From positions 40,915 to 104,914 of the forward strand of contig JBMORF010000042.1 of assembly GCA_049322315.1 (NCBI GenBank): a stretch of 64,000 bases of DNA. Direction: 5' to 3'. This document shows, piece by piece, positions 1 to 9,904 of this stretch. A model generated the notes under the pieces. It searched no databases and was not told where the DNA came from. It saw only the letters and a program-made list of their open reading frames with translations. Within the stretch, counting starts at the first letter, position 1; the number at the start of each line of letters is the position of its first letter. The translations under genes were made by a program, and so were the position numbers. This DNA is from Thermodesulfobacteriota bacterium (GTDB lineage Bacteria > Desulfobacterota > Desulfobaccia > Desulfobaccales > 0-14-0-80-60-11).

Positions 1-1
1 G

Positions 2-85
2 CCCCCTGACGCCTATAAAGGCAAGGGGATCAAGAACCTGGGCGAAGTGCTGCGGCGCAAAGTGGGCAAGGCCGGCGGGCGCTAA
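2..85 (+). CDS. rplF: 50S ribosomal protein L6, C-terminal fragment (truncated by window edge)
   Basis: Manual translation [11 protein letters not shown]...[10 protein letters not shown] matches the L6 C-terminal PxxYKGKG motif; lies directly upstream of rplR. Confidence 0.93.
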   Translation, partial: PPDAYKGKGIKNLGEVLRRKVGKAGGR

Positions 86-96
86 AGGAGATCGAG

Positions 97-456
97 ATGA
101 ACCGCAGAATGACCGCACGCCTCAGCCGCAAACGGCGCATCCGCAAGAAAATCGGCGGCAGCGGGGAACGCCCCCGTTTGTCCGTCTTCCGGAGCGCCAA
201 GCACATCTACGCCCAGATTGTGGACGACCTCCAGGGGCACACCCTGGTGGCCGCCTCCACTTTGAGCAAGGAAATCCGGGAGAAGTTGAGCGGCCTGAAG
301 AAGAGCGAAACCGCCAAGGAAGTGGGAAAGCTACTGGCGGCCAAGGCCACCGAGAAAGGCATCTCCCAGGTGGTTTTCGATCGCAACGGTTTCCTCTATC
401 ACGGCCGGGTCAAGGCGGTGGCCGAGAGTTGCCGGGAACACGGATTAATTTTTTAG
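97..456 (+). CDS. rplR: 50S ribosomal protein L18
   Basis: [16 protein letters not shown] and [15 protein letters not shown] motifs; spc operon order. Confidence 0.98.
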   Translation: MNRRMTARLSRKRRIRKKIGGSGERPRLSVFRSAKHIYAQIVDDLQGHTLVAASTLSKEIREKLSGLKKSETAKEVGKLLAAKATEKGISQVVFDRNGFLYHGRVKAVAESCREHGLIF

Positions 457-554
457 ATAGTAAGAAGTAATAAGTAATAAGTGATAAGTAAAAAACAAGA
501 AAGGCCACTTATTACTGATCACTTATTACTGATCACTTATTACTGATTACTGAT
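457..554. repeat. Inverted pair of heptamer tandem arrays (AGTAATA/AGTGATA vs ACTTATT/ACTGATC) between rplR and rpsE
   Basis: agtaataagtaataagtgataagt (about 459-490) is complementary to acttattactgatcacttattact... (about 506-554). Confidence 0.85.
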
Positions 555-570
555 TTTTCCGGAGGTAAGC

Positions 571-1071
571 TTGTTCGAGCCCGAAGCGCAGGAAATTCAG
601 TTAACCGATAAAGTGGTGAGCATCAACCGTGTCGCTAAGGTGGTCAAAGGCGGGCGCCGCTTCCGCTTCAGCGCCATTGTGGTGGTGGGGGACGGCATGG
701 GCAAGGTGGGCGCCGGTCTGGGCAAGGCCCACGAGGTGCCGGAGGCCATCCGCAAGGCCGTGGAAAAGGCCAAAAAGGAAATGGTGCAGATCCCCATTCT
801 CAACGACACCATCCCCTATGCCGTGGTGGGAGAGTTCGGCTCCGGCAAGGTCTTGCTGAAACCGGCCGCGGCCGGCACCGGGGTGATCGCCGGCGGACCC
901 GTGCGCGCGGTGGTGGAAGTGGCGGGCATCAAGAACATTTTAACCAAGTGCCTGGGCTCCCACAATCCCCACAATGCCGTCAAAGCCACCATGGACGCCT
1001 TGCTGCAACTCTCCAGCCCCGAAGAGGTGGCCCTGCGGCGCAACCGGCCGCTGGCGGAGATGGTTGGCTGA
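571..1071 (+). CDS. rpsE: 30S ribosomal protein S5
   Basis: [18 protein letters not shown] and GTGVIAGG motifs; TTG start after GGAGG. Confidence 0.98.
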   Translation: MFEPEAQEIQLTDKVVSINRVAKVVKGGRRFRFSAIVVVGDGMGKVGAGLGKAHEVPEAIRKAVEKAKKEMVQIPILNDTIPYAVVGEFGSGKVLLKPAAAGTGVIAGGPVRAVVEVAGIKNILTKCLGSHNPHNAVKATMDALLQLSSPEEVALRRNRPLAEMVG

Positions 1072-1072
1072 T

Positions 1073-1145
1073 AGCTATCAGCAGTCAGCTTAAAGATTTT
1101 TTGCTGAAAGCTGAAAGCTGAAAGCTTTAAATTAAGCTGAAAGCC
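1073..1145. repeat. Inverted heptamer arrays (AGCTATC/AGCAGTC vs GCTGAAA) between rpsE and rpmD
   Basis: agctatcagcagtcagct ... gctgaaagctgaaagctgaaagct. Confidence 0.8.
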
Positions 1146-1159
1146 GTTAAGGAAACACC

Positions 1160-1348
1160 ATGATCTTGGAAATAACTTTAATCAAAAGTCCCATCGGCCG
1201 GCCGCCGGCACACCGGCAGACGGTGAAGACCCTGGGCCTGACCCGGCTCAATAAGACCGTGCGCCACCAGGAGACCCCGGCCATTGCCGGCATGGTCCGC
1301 CAGGTGCGCCACTTGCTGAACGTGCGGGAAGTCCCGGAAGGAGAATAG
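1160..1348 (+). CDS. rpmD: 50S ribosomal protein L30
   Basis: [10 protein letters not shown]...TVKTLGL...[10 protein letters not shown]; operon position. Confidence 0.97.
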   Translation: MILEITLIKSPIGRPPAHRQTVKTLGLTRLNKTVRHQETPAIAGMVRQVRHLLNVREVPEGE

Positions 1349-1351
1349 CAG

Positions 1352-1792
1352 ATGCGACTGTCAGAATTGCAGCCCTCTCCGGGGTCTAAGCATAGCAAGA
1401 AACGGGTGGGCCGGGGTCCGGGTTCCGGTTGGGGCAAAACTGCGGCCCGGGGCCACAAAGGCCAGAATTCCCGGTCCGGCGGGGGCACCAAACCCGGTTT
1501 CGAGGGGGGCCAGATGCCCCTGACCCGGCGCCTGCCCAAGCGGGGCTTTAACAATATCTTCCGGAAACCCTGGAGCATCGTCAACGTCCGGGACCTAAAC
1601 CGTTTCGCCGCGGACACGGTGGTGGATGAAGAAATCCTGAGCCGGGCTGGGTTGGTGAAGCCCCAATGTCAGCGGATCAAGCTTTTAGGCCAGGGGGAAG
1701 TAAAAGTGGCCCTGGTGGTGAAAGTACAGGCCGTGAGCGCCCAGGCCAAAGCCCGGGTCGAGGCCGCGGGCGGCCGGGTGGAGGTCCTGTAA
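1352..1792 (+). CDS. rplO: 50S ribosomal protein L15
   Basis: [21 protein letters not shown] and FEGGQMPL motifs. Confidence 0.98.
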   Translation: MRLSELQPSPGSKHSKKRVGRGPGSGWGKTAARGHKGQNSRSGGGTKPGFEGGQMPLTRRLPKRGFNNIFRKPWSIVNVRDLNRFAADTVVDEEILSRAGLVKPQCQRIKLLGQGEVKVALVVKVQAVSAQAKARVEAAGGRVEVL

Positions 1793-3100
1793 GTGGCAGG
1801 ACTGGCCAATATCGCCAAGATCCCGGAGCTGAAGAAGCGGATTATCTTCACGCTCCTGATGCTGGCGGTCTATCGCCTGGGTTGCCATATACCCACTCCG
1901 GGCATCGACCCCGACGCCCTGATGGCCTTCTTCGCCCGGCAGCGGGGCACCATTTTCGGCCTGTTCGACATGTTTTCCGGGGGCGCGCTGGAACGCCTGA
2001 GCGTCTTTGCCTTAGGGATCATGCCGTACATCAGCGCCGCCATTATTATCGAACTTCTGAAGGTGGTTATTCCGGCCCTGGAGAGGCTGTATAAAGAAGG
2101 TGAGGCCGGCAGCAAAAAGATCAAGCAATATACCCGTTACGGGACGGTGGCCATCGCCGCCATCCAGGGCTTAGGTATCAGTGTCGGTTTAGAGGGCATG
2201 ACCGGCGGCGGCGGTTCCATGCCGGTGGTGCTCCACCCCGGCTGGGCCTTCCGGCTGATGACGGTTTTGACTTTAACTTCGGGCACCGCCTTCATTATGT
2301 GGCTGGGGGAGATGATCACCGAACGGGGCATCGGCAACGGTATCTCGTTGATCATCTTTGCGGGGATTGTGGCCAGGCTGCCTTCCGCCATCATTCAGAC
2401 CTTTGAGTTGATGAAGACCGGGGAAATAATGCCCATCCTCATGCTGATCATCGTGGTGGCGATGATTGCGGTGGTGGCCTTCATCGTCTTTGTGGAGCGG
2501 GGCCAGCGCCGCATCCAGGTGCAATACGCCAAGAGGTTGGTGGGGCGGCGCATGTATGGGGGCCAATCCACCCATTTGCCCTTGAAGGTCAATACTGCCG
2601 GGGTCATACCCCCTATTTTCGCGTCATCGCTCCTGATGTTCCCGGCCACCGTGGCCAGTTTCGTGAAGAACGAATGGATTAAGTGGGGCGCAGAGTCCCT
2701 CTCTCCGGGCAACCTGTCCCATGATATCGTCTATGTCGGCCTGATTATCTTTTTCTGCTATTTTTACACCGCGGTGACTTTCAACCCGGCGGATGTGGCG
2801 GATAACTTAAAGAAATGGGGCGGCTTTATTCCGGGATTGCGCCCGGGTAAACCCACGGCTGACTATATCGACCGGATCCTCACCCGCATCACCTTGGGAG
2901 GGGCCATCTACGTGTCCGCAGTGTGCGTGCTGCCTTCCATCCTGATCCAGAAGTTCAATGTGCCTTTCTACTTCGGAGGCACGGCCTTGCTGATTGTGGT
3001 GGGGGTGGCCATGGACACCATGGCCCAGATAGAATCGCATATGCTCACCCGCCATTACGACGGGTTCATGAAAAAGCGTATGGGCCGGGTACGGCGCTGA
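1793..3100 (+). CDS. secY: Preprotein translocase subunit SecY
   Basis: ALGIMPYISA, GIGNGISLIIF, GVIPPIFA, FIPGLRPG motifs; about 10 hydrophobic segments. Confidence 0.99.
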   Translation: MAGLANIAKIPELKKRIIFTLLMLAVYRLGCHIPTPGIDPDALMAFFARQRGTIFGLFDMFSGGALERLSVFALGIMPYISAAIIIELLKVVIPALERLYKEGEAGSKKIKQYTRYGTVAIAAIQGLGISVGLEGMTGGGGSMPVVLHPGWAFRLMTVLTLTSGTAFIMWLGEMITERGIGNGISLIIFAGIVARLPSAIIQTFELMKTGEIMPILMLIIVVAMIAVVAFIVFVERGQRRIQVQYAKRLVGRRMYGGQSTHLPLKVNTAGVIPPIFASSLLMFPATVASFVKNEWIKWGAESLSPGNLSHDIVYVGLIIFFCYFYTAVTFNPADVADNLKKWGGFIPGLRPGKPTADYIDRILTRITLGGAIYVSAVCVLPSILIQKFNVPFYFGGTALLIVVGVAMDTMAQIESHMLTRHYDGFMKKRMGRVRR

Positions 3101-3119
3101 TCTTATGAAGGAGGAAGCT

Positions 3120-3770
3120 ATGAATCTGATTCTGTTAGGTGGCCCGGGAGCGGGCAAAGGCACCCAAGCCAAAAAGCTGATTGATAAATTCCAGATTCCC
3201 CAGATTTCCACCGGCGATATCCTCCGGGCCGCGGTGAAGGAAGGCACGGAAATGGGCCGCAAGGCCAAAGAATACATGGACGCCGGCCAATTGGTTCCTG
3301 ATGAGGTGGTCATCGGCATCATCAAAGACCGTCTGGCGCAGCCGGATTGCACAAAAGGTTTTATCCTGGACGGTTTCCCCCGCACTGTGCCCCAGGCCGA
3401 GGCCCTGGATAAAGTGTTGGTGGGCCTGGGTTCCAAGATCGACCACGTGGTCTCCATCGACGTGGACGAAGAAGCCCTGGTGACCCGCCTCACCGGGCGG
3501 CGCACCTGCAAGAACGCCGACTGCGGCCAGATGTTCCATATCAAGTTCACTCCTCCCCAAAAGGAAGGGGTGTGCGATAAATGCGGCGCTGAGCTCTATC
3601 AGCGGGATGACGACAACGAAGCCACGGTGCGCAATCGCCTGGCCACTTACAACCAGGCTACCGCGCCCTTGATCGGCTATTATAAGGCCAAAGGGCTGGT
3701 GCGGCCCATTGCCGGCGTCGGCTCCATTGACGATATCTTCAACAAGATTGTGGGCATCGTCACCGGCTAG
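3120..3770 (+). CDS. adk: Adenylate kinase (Zn-lid type)
   Basis: GGPGAGKGTQ P-loop, ISTGDILR, LDGFPR; Cys residues in the lid; ATG at 3120 follows GGAGG. Confidence 0.98.
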   Translation: MNLILLGGPGAGKGTQAKKLIDKFQIPQISTGDILRAAVKEGTEMGRKAKEYMDAGQLVPDEVVIGIIKDRLAQPDCTKGFILDGFPRTVPQAEALDKVLVGLGSKIDHVVSIDVDEEALVTRLTGRRTCKNADCGQMFHIKFTPPQKEGVCDKCGAELYQRDDDNEATVRNRLATYNQATAPLIGYYKAKGLVRPIAGVGSIDDIFNKIVGIVTG

Positions 3771-3776
3771 CGCTTT

Positions 3777-3915
3777 AGGGGTCAGGGGCTAGAGATCAGC
3801 AAGACTGCGGGATTCGGACTCTGGCCGGTTTTAACAATACTTTAAAGAAACAGGGACCAAGGTCAGAGGGTAAAGTCTCCCATAATATCCCCTGGCCCCT
3901 GACCCCTGACCCCTG
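3777..3915. repeat. Inverted heptamer arrays (AGGGGTC vs GACCCCT) between adk and map
   Basis: aggggtcaggggctag ... cccctggcccctgacccctgacccctg. Confidence 0.8.
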
Positions 3916-3920
3916 TATTT

Positions 3921-4667
3921 ATGATTTTGCTGAAATCGCCCCGGGAAATCGCCAGGATGGAGAAAGCCAACCGTATGGTGGCGGAAATCCTGGAGGAAGT
4001 GAAAGAACGGGTTCGCCCCGGGGTGGAGACCAGGGAACTGGACGAAGTGGCGGAGGAGGGTTGCCGCCGTCGCCGGGTGGAACCGGCCTTTAAGGGCTAT
4101 CGGGGCTATCCCGCCTCCGTCTGCGTCTCCGTGAACGAAGAGGTGGTCCACGGCATTCCGGGGGCCAGGCGTCTTCAGGACGGGGACCTGGTGAGCCTGG
4201 ATTTCGGCGTGCGCCATGATGGTTTTTACGGGGACGCGGCCCTCACCTTGCCGGTGGGGGAGGTGGCGCCTGAGGCCCGGAAGTTGCTGGAGGCCACCCG
4301 GGAGTCCCTGGACGCGGCCATTGCCCAGGTAAAGGTGGGGGCGCGGCTGAGCGATATTTCCCACGCGGTGCAAACCGTGGTGGAGAGCCAGGGGTTTGCG
4401 GTGATCCGGGAATTTGTGGGGCACGGCATCGGCCGTTCCTTGCACGAAGACCCCCAGATCCCCAACTTCGGCCCCCCGGGCCGGGGGCCGGTATTGCAGG
4501 CAGGCATGACCATGGCCATCGAGCCCATGACCTCCAGCGGTTCCTGGAGGGTGCGGATTTTGGCGGACGGTTGGACCGCAGTCACCCAAGACGGCAGCCT
4601 GGCGGCACATTTTGAGCACACGGTGGCCCTGACGGATAACGGGGTGCTGGTCTTAAGCCGCCTTTAA
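3921..4667 (+). CDS. map: Methionine aminopeptidase type I
   Basis: CVSVNEEVVHGIP, GHGIG, HEDP, AIEPM, AHFEHT motifs. Confidence 0.98.
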   Translation: MILLKSPREIARMEKANRMVAEILEEVKERVRPGVETRELDEVAEEGCRRRRVEPAFKGYRGYPASVCVSVNEEVVHGIPGARRLQDGDLVSLDFGVRHDGFYGDAALTLPVGEVAPEARKLLEATRESLDAAIAQVKVGARLSDISHAVQTVVESQGFAVIREFVGHGIGRSLHEDPQIPNFGPPGRGPVLQAGMTMAIEPMTSSGSWRVRILADGWTAVTQDGSLAAHFEHTVALTDNGVLVLSRL

Positions 4668-4670
4668 TAA

Positions 4671-4829
4671 CCGTTTTGCGTTTGGCGTTTTCCGTTAAAA
4701 AGGGTGGTTTTCAATTAGGTTATGGAAGTAAATATCATTTTCACTTGCAGATGTTACTAATGATATATGTAACTTAATGAAGATATTAATTTATTTGACG
4801 AAAAACGGAGAACGAAAAACGGAAAACGA
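4671..4829. repeat. Inverted heptamer arrays (CGTTTTC vs GAAAACG) flanking an AT-rich spacer between map and infA
   Basis: ccgttttgcgtttggcgttttccgtt ... acgaaaaacggagaacgaaaaacggaaaacg. Confidence 0.85.
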
Positions 4830-4903
4830 GAGAAAGGGATTCTTGTTTCTCGCTGGCCATTAGGTTATAATAAATGATTGAATTAACTATAAAGACACGA
4901 TAG

Positions 4904-5122
4904 ATGCCTAAAGAAGACGCCATCGAAGTCGAAGGGGTGGTCATCGAGCCTCTCCCCAATGCCATGTTCCGGGTAGAGCTGGCCAACGGCCATCGGGTGT
5001 TGGCCCATATTTCCGGAAAGATGCGGATGCATTACATCAAGATCCTCCCCGGGGACAAGGTGATCGTGGAACTGTCCCCTTATGATTTGAACCGGGGGCG
5101 GATCGTCTATCGAGTCAGATAG
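4904..5122 (+). CDS. infA: Translation initiation factor IF-1
   Basis: [25 protein letters not shown] motifs; 72 aa. Confidence 0.99.
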   Translation: MPKEDAIEVEGVVIEPLPNAMFRVELANGHRVLAHISGKMRMHYIKILPGDKVIVELSPYDLNRGRIVYRVR

Positions 5123-5131
5123 GGTGGAGCC

Positions 5132-5245
5132 ATGAAAGTAAGGCCCTCGGTTAAACGGATTTGCGCCAAATGCAAGATTATCCGCCGCAAACGGGTAGTG
5201 CGGGTGATCTGCGAGAATCCCAAACATAAGCAGCGGCAGGGCTAA
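5132..5245 (+). CDS. rpmJ: 50S ribosomal protein L36 (below ORF-track cutoff)
   Basis: Manual translation [37 protein letters not shown]. Confidence 0.98.
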   Translation: MKVRPSVKRICAKCKIIRRKRVVRVICENPKHKQRQG

Positions 5246-5259
5246 AGGGAGGAAGGGAC

Positions 5260-5634
5260 TTGGCCAGAATCGCGGGCATCGATTTGCCCCGTAATAAAAG
5301 GATTGAGATCGCCCTCACTTATATTTTCGGTATTGGGCGCACCACCGCCACCCGGGTCCTGAAGGAAGCCGGAGTGGACGGCGCGGTGAAGACCGGGGAT
5401 TTAAACGATGGAGAAATCACCCGCATCCGCCAGGTAATTGACTCCACCCTGAAAGTGGAGGGGGACCTGCGGCGGGAAGTCTCCATGAATATTAAGCGCC
5501 TCATGGATCTGGGCTGCTACCGGGGCTTAAGACACCGGCGCAGTCTGCCCGTGCGGGGTCAGCGCACCCATACCAACGCCCGCACCCGCAAAGGCCCGCG
5601 GCGCAGTGTGGTGGGTAAAAGGAAGAAGTCTTAA
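5260..5634 (+). CDS. rpsM: 30S ribosomal protein S13
   Basis: [36 protein letters not shown]. Confidence 0.99.
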   Translation: MARIAGIDLPRNKRIEIALTYIFGIGRTTATRVLKEAGVDGAVKTGDLNDGEITRIRQVIDSTLKVEGDLRREVSMNIKRLMDLGCYRGLRHRRSLPVRGQRTHTNARTRKGPRRSVVGKRKKS

Positions 5635-5640
5635 GGAGGG

Positions 5641-6036
5641 GTGATGGCCCGAGCACCGTCGCGCAGCAAGAAGAAAAGAGAACGGAAGAATATACCCGTG
5701 GGCGTGGCCCATATCAAGGCTACCTTCAATAATACTTTGATAACCATTACCGATCCCGGAGGCAATGTGGTCTCCTGGTCCTCCGCGGGCGTACAGGGCT
5801 TCAAGGGTTCCCGGAAGGGCACGCCGTTTGCGGCCCAATTGGCGGCTCAGGACGCGGCCAAAAAGGCCCTGGAGCATGGCATGCGCAGCGTGGATGTCTA
5901 TGTGAAAGGACCTGGCGCCGGCCGGGAAGCGGCCTTGAGGGCGCTCCAGGCCGCGGGCTTAAGCGTTAACCTGATCCGGGATGTCAGCCCCATTCCCCAC
6001 AATGGTTGCCGTCCGCCGAAACGGCGGCGGGTGTAG
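5641..6036 (+). CDS. rpsK: 30S ribosomal protein S11
   Basis: [30 protein letters not shown]. Confidence 0.99.
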   Translation: MMARAPSRSKKKRERKNIPVGVAHIKATFNNTLITITDPGGNVVSWSSAGVQGFKGSRKGTPFAAQLAAQDAAKKALEHGMRSVDVYVKGPGAGREAALRALQAAGLSVNLIRDVSPIPHNGCRPPKRRRV

Positions 6037-6054
6037 TGTAAAAGGAGATAGAAA

Positions 6055-6681
6055 TTGGCCAGATACCTGGGACCTAGTTGCCGGTTGTGCCGCCGGGAAG
6101 GTTTACAGCTCTACCTCAAGGGAGACCGCTGTTATACGGACAAATGCGCCATTGAACGACGCCACTATCCCCCGGGCCAGCACGGCCAGCGCCGGGGAAA
6201 ATTGTCCGATTACGGCTCGCAGCTTAGGGAAAAACAAAAAGTCAAACGTATTTACGGAGTATTGGAAAAACAGTTTAGAGGCTATTTTGAGAAAGCCGAA
6301 CGGCAGAAAGGGGTTACCGGGACCAACTTGCTAGTTCTTTTAGAGCGGCGTTTGGACAATGTCGTTTACCGGCTGGGGTTTGCCAACTCCCGGGCCCAGG
6401 CCCGGTTGATGGTGCGGCATGGCCTGATTGCGGTAAACGGCGGCAAGGTGAGTATTCCTTCTTTTCTGGTGAAGAAAGGCGATGTCGTCCAGGTGGTGGA
6501 AAAGAGCCGTAATAAGCCGTTGATTCGTGATGCCCTGGAAGCCGTGGCTCGCCGGGGGTTGCCCGCCTGGGTCGATCTCAGCAAAGATGAGGCCCTGGGA
6601 AGGATCGTTATGCTGCCCACCCGGGAGGACATCACCATGCCCATCCAAGAACATCTTATCGTGGAGTTATATTCCAAATAG
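6055..6681 (+). CDS. rpsD: 30S ribosomal protein S4 (Zn-binding type)
   Basis: [27 protein letters not shown]. Confidence 0.99.
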   Translation: MARYLGPSCRLCRREGLQLYLKGDRCYTDKCAIERRHYPPGQHGQRRGKLSDYGSQLREKQKVKRIYGVLEKQFRGYFEKAERQKGVTGTNLLVLLERRLDNVVYRLGFANSRAQARLMVRHGLIAVNGGKVSIPSFLVKKGDVVQVVEKSRNKPLIRDALEAVARRGLPAWVDLSKDEALGRIVMLPTREDITMPIQEHLIVELYSK

Positions 6682-6805
6682 AATCATGATCCTTGGGCCC
6701 GGCGCCCCTTTAGGGGGTTTGAGCTATGCCGGAGAAGGAAGTTTTCCGGGGAGGATTAGCAGCCTCCGGCCACCAAATTCCATCAGTATTATCATCTGAG
6801 GAGCC

Positions 6806-7822
6806 ATGATCCACAAGAATTGGACAGAGTTAATCAAGCCTAAAAGGCTGGAAGTGGATACAGAGTCCCATAGCCGCTTTTATGGGAAGTTTGCCTGTGA
6901 GCCCCTGGAAAGAGGGTTCGGCACCACCCTGGGAAACGCCTTGCGGCGGGTTTTGCTTTCTTCCTTGAGGGGTGCGGCCATCACCGCGGTGCGCATCAAG
7001 GACGTTTACCACGAATTTTCCGCGCTCCCGGGGGTGTTTGAAGATGTGACCGAGATCCTTCTGAATCTGAAGCAGGTACGCCTGAAGTTGCTTGCCGACG
7101 GCGCCAAGAACCTGCGTCTGGAAGCCCGGGGCAAAGGGGAAGTGAAGGCCGGGGATATTATTACCGACGGCACCGTGGAAATTCTGAACCCGGAGCACCA
7201 TATTGCCAACCTGTCGGCGGACGGGGAACTTAGCCTGGAAATGACGGTCAAAACCGGCAAAGGTTATGTCCCCGGGGAGGCCCATAAGGAAGAAGACCAG
7301 CCCGTGGGCTACATCCCTTTGGACGCCAGTTTTTCTCCCATCCGCAAGGTAAATTACGTGGTAACCCAGGCCCGGGTGGGGCAGCGGACTGATTACGACA
7401 AGCTGACCCTGGAGGTCTGGACCGACGGCAGTATTACCCCGGAGAACGCGGTGGCGTATGGGGCCAAGATTCTGAAAGAACAGCTGAGCCTGTTTATCAA
7501 CTTCGAAGAAGAAGCGGAAGGGGTTGAGGAAAGGCCCATGGAAGAGACGCCGGCCCTCAACGAGAACCTGTACCGCAGCGTCAACGAACTGGAGCTGTCC
7601 GTGCGGGCCGCCAACTGCCTCCGGAACGCCAACATCCGTTTCATCGGGGAACTGGTGCAAAAGACCGAGCAGGAGATGCTGAAGACCAAGAATTTTGGAC
7701 GCAAGTCTTTAAATGAAATCAAAGAAATCCTCACGGAGATGGGCTTGCACTTGGGGATGAAGTTGGAAAACTTTGTGCCCCCGGAACAGGGGTCCGAGAG
7801 GAAAGAAGAGGTTCTGTCATGA
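6806..7822 (+). CDS. rpoA: RNA polymerase alpha subunit
   Basis: [22 protein letters not shown]; alpha-[14 protein letters not shown] and [11 protein letters not shown]. Confidence 0.99.
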   Translation: MIHKNWTELIKPKRLEVDTESHSRFYGKFACEPLERGFGTTLGNALRRVLLSSLRGAAITAVRIKDVYHEFSALPGVFEDVTEILLNLKQVRLKLLADGAKNLRLEARGKGEVKAGDIITDGTVEILNPEHHIANLSADGELSLEMTVKTGKGYVPGEAHKEEDQPVGYIPLDASFSPIRKVNYVVTQARVGQRTDYDKLTLEVWTDGSITPENAVAYGAKILKEQLSLFINFEEEAEGVEERPMEETPALNENLYRSVNELELSVRAANCLRNANIRFIGELVQKTEQEMLKTKNFGRKSLNEIKEILTEMGLHLGMKLENFVPPEQGSERKEEVLS

Positions 7823-8220
7823 GGCATTTGAAAGCCGGGCGGCGTCTGGCCCGGACCACCGAACATCGTCAGGCCATGATGCGCAATCTGGTGACCTCGC
7901 TGCTGGAACATGAACGGGTGGAAACCACCCGGGCCAAGGCTAAAGAAGTGCGCCAATGGGCGGAACAGATCATTACCCTGGCCAAACGGGGAGATTTACA
8001 CGCCCGGCGTCAATCCCTGGCCCTGGTCCGTTCGAAAAAGGTGGTGGCCAAGCTTTTCGGGGAACTCCGGGAGCGGTACCTGGAACGGCCCGGTGGCTAT
8101 ACCCGGATCATCCCTTTGGGTCTGCGCCTGGGGGATGGGGCGCCTTTGTCCATCATCGAGATGGTGGGCCGCCCGGAAAAGCTACCCAAATCCCAGAAAA
8201 AGAAAGCTGCCTCAAGCTGA
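7819..8220 (+). CDS. rplQ: 50S ribosomal protein L17
   Basis: MRH start, [17 protein letters not shown]. Confidence 0.98.
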   Translation: MRHLKAGRRLARTTEHRQAMMRNLVTSLLEHERVETTRAKAKEVRQWAEQIITLAKRGDLHARRQSLALVRSKKVVAKLFGELRERYLERPGGYTRIIPLGLRLGDGAPLSIIEMVGRPEKLPKSQKKKAASS

Positions 8221-8230
8221 TCTGTCCATC

Positions 8231-8263
8231 AAAAGGTGCAGGGGCCGAGTGTAGGCCCCTGCA
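8231..8263 (-). terminator. GC-rich hairpin after rplQ with a short U-tract on the minus strand (possibly bidirectional)
   Basis: tgcaggggcc-gagtgta-ggcccctgca; aaaagg precedes it on + (reads as CCUUUU after the stem on -). Confidence 0.6.
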
Positions 8264-8461
8264 TGCCGCATTCTTCCGTTACCCCAACCTCCCGGTAAGT
8301 TAGCAGGCCCCCGAAAGACGTAAACCTCTCCTTTGGGGTCCAGTCTGTGGCGCCCTAATCCTCTTCTGGGGAGGTCCTGTGGTTGGGGTTAAAAATATTA
8401 AATAATATTAGTGGCTTATTCTGCTGATTTACAACCAGGCTCAAGTTTAAGAAAAAAAGGA

Positions 8462-8490
8462 TTGACACCCCTAGAAGATTGTATTAAAGT
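8462..8490 (+). promoter_or_regulatory. sigma70-type promoter for the NlpC/P60 gene
   Basis: TTGACA (8462-8467), 17-nt spacer, TAAAGT (8485-8490); A-tract upstream. Confidence 0.6.
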
Positions 8491-8676
8491 GCCGGAAATT
8501 TGCATGAGTCTATATACCTAATTGGGGAGAGGATTTTTCCTCATACTGCGAGGTAAAAATGCTCAACCCCCAAGTGGTTGCTCTTTGTTAGGAAGAAGCG
8601 GATATTGCGACCAGGTGATTGAAGCTCCGGTGCTTCGGTTCCCTTCAGGATTATCCCTAAACCAAGGAGGTTCTGG

Positions 8677-9564
8677 ATGGCGAATAAGATAATAATGGCC
8701 GCGGTATTGACCTTGGCTTTGATTTTTTCTCCCGGTTTAGCCCAGTCAGTTCCCACCAAGGGAACTAAGAAGAAAAGCTCCATATCCAAAACCCAAAAAG
8801 CCCAAACCAAGAAATCCAGTAAGAGAAAGAAACTCGCCTCCCGGAGTAAGCGTTCCAGCAGGACGGAAAAGACGGCCCGGAGGAGCCGGTCCAGCAGGTA
8901 CAGTAGGTCCAGTAGGAAAGCCAGTAGGCCGGTGGAGGCCGATGTGGCCGGGATCAGCCAGCGTCCCTCGCCCCCTTCGGTTTCCGGCGTCTCGGAGACT
9001 CCTCCTTTAATGAAGGTTATCCCCCAGCGGGATGGCCGCTTTCTCTTGGAACCTTTAGCTCCGAAGAAAAACAAGGGGCCTCTTTCCCGGAAAGTCTCGC
9101 CGCCTCCGGCAGAGAAGGTTGCCAGTTCGGAGCGGAATTACAACCGCTTTGAGCCTTGGAATTTTTCCGAACTGATTCTTACCCTGGCTCGCTCCTACCG
9201 GCATACTCCTTACCGCCGGGGCGGGTCTTTGGCCACCGGCTCCGCCACGGATTGCTCCGGATTTGTACAGTATATCTATCACGGCTTTAAAATCGATCTG
9301 CCCCGCTCCAGTAGTGACCAGGCCCAGGTGGGCAAGGTCGTCACCCACAACATGGATTTCTCCAAACTATTGCCCGGGGATCTGCTCTTCTTCCGCCGGG
9401 GAGGCCGCCACATCGGCCACGCCGGCATCTATCTGGGAGAAGGGAAAATGATCCATGCCTCCAACCGCCGTCTGGGAGTAACCATCACCGACCTGCGCCA
9501 ACCGTATTACGAAGGCACTTTTGTAGTGGCCAAGCGGGTTTTTGAGGTCAAATTCCAGCACTAG
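8677..9564 (+). CDS. Secreted NlpC/P60 (C40) peptidoglycan hydrolase with a Lys/Arg/Ser-rich N-terminal region
   Basis: Signal peptide; PY..GG, DCSGF (catalytic Cys), LPRSS, GHAGIYLG, MIHAS. Confidence 0.92.
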   Translation: MANKIIMAAVLTLALIFSPGLAQSVPTKGTKKKSSISKTQKAQTKKSSKRKKLASRSKRSSRTEKTARRSRSSRYSRSSRKASRPVEADVAGISQRPSPPSVSGVSETPPLMKVIPQRDGRFLLEPLAPKKNKGPLSRKVSPPPAEKVASSERNYNRFEPWNFSELILTLARSYRHTPYRRGGSLATGSATDCSGFVQYIYHGFKIDLPRSSSDQAQVGKVVTHNMDFSKLLPGDLLFFRRGGRHIGHAGIYLGEGKMIHASNRRLGVTITDLRQPYYEGTFVVAKRVFEVKFQH

Positions 9565-9904
9565 TTTTGGCAAGCCGGTTTTCCAGAACCTAAAATGAGA
9601 TATTGCCGCCCATCTTTATTTACCCGTGCGGCAATGTCCCTCCAGCCATTGCCGGTTCCCGGCAGGGGAAATATTGCCCCGAAGTTGGGGGTGAGCCGTT
9701 TGGTCACCTCCAGCACCTCCCCCTTCTGCCAGAGATTCCCTATTCAGTCAATTGCCCCTGGGATCGCTATCCAAGGTGGAAAGATAAGTAGATGGCGGGG
9801 GCCAGGAAGGCTGATAATTCTTGCTTAGTCGGGGAATTTTCAGTAATTTGTCTCAGGAGATTCCTATCTCGTGAGGCTGAAAGTCCTAGTGGAACGGGCA
9901 GCCT

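Noticed and set aside
8281-8390. tRNA-Sec, SRP RNA or 6S RNA
   Set aside because: No T-loop GTTC or CCA end, no SRP CAGG-GNRA-AGCAG motif, and too short for 6S; kept only as an unclassified candidate
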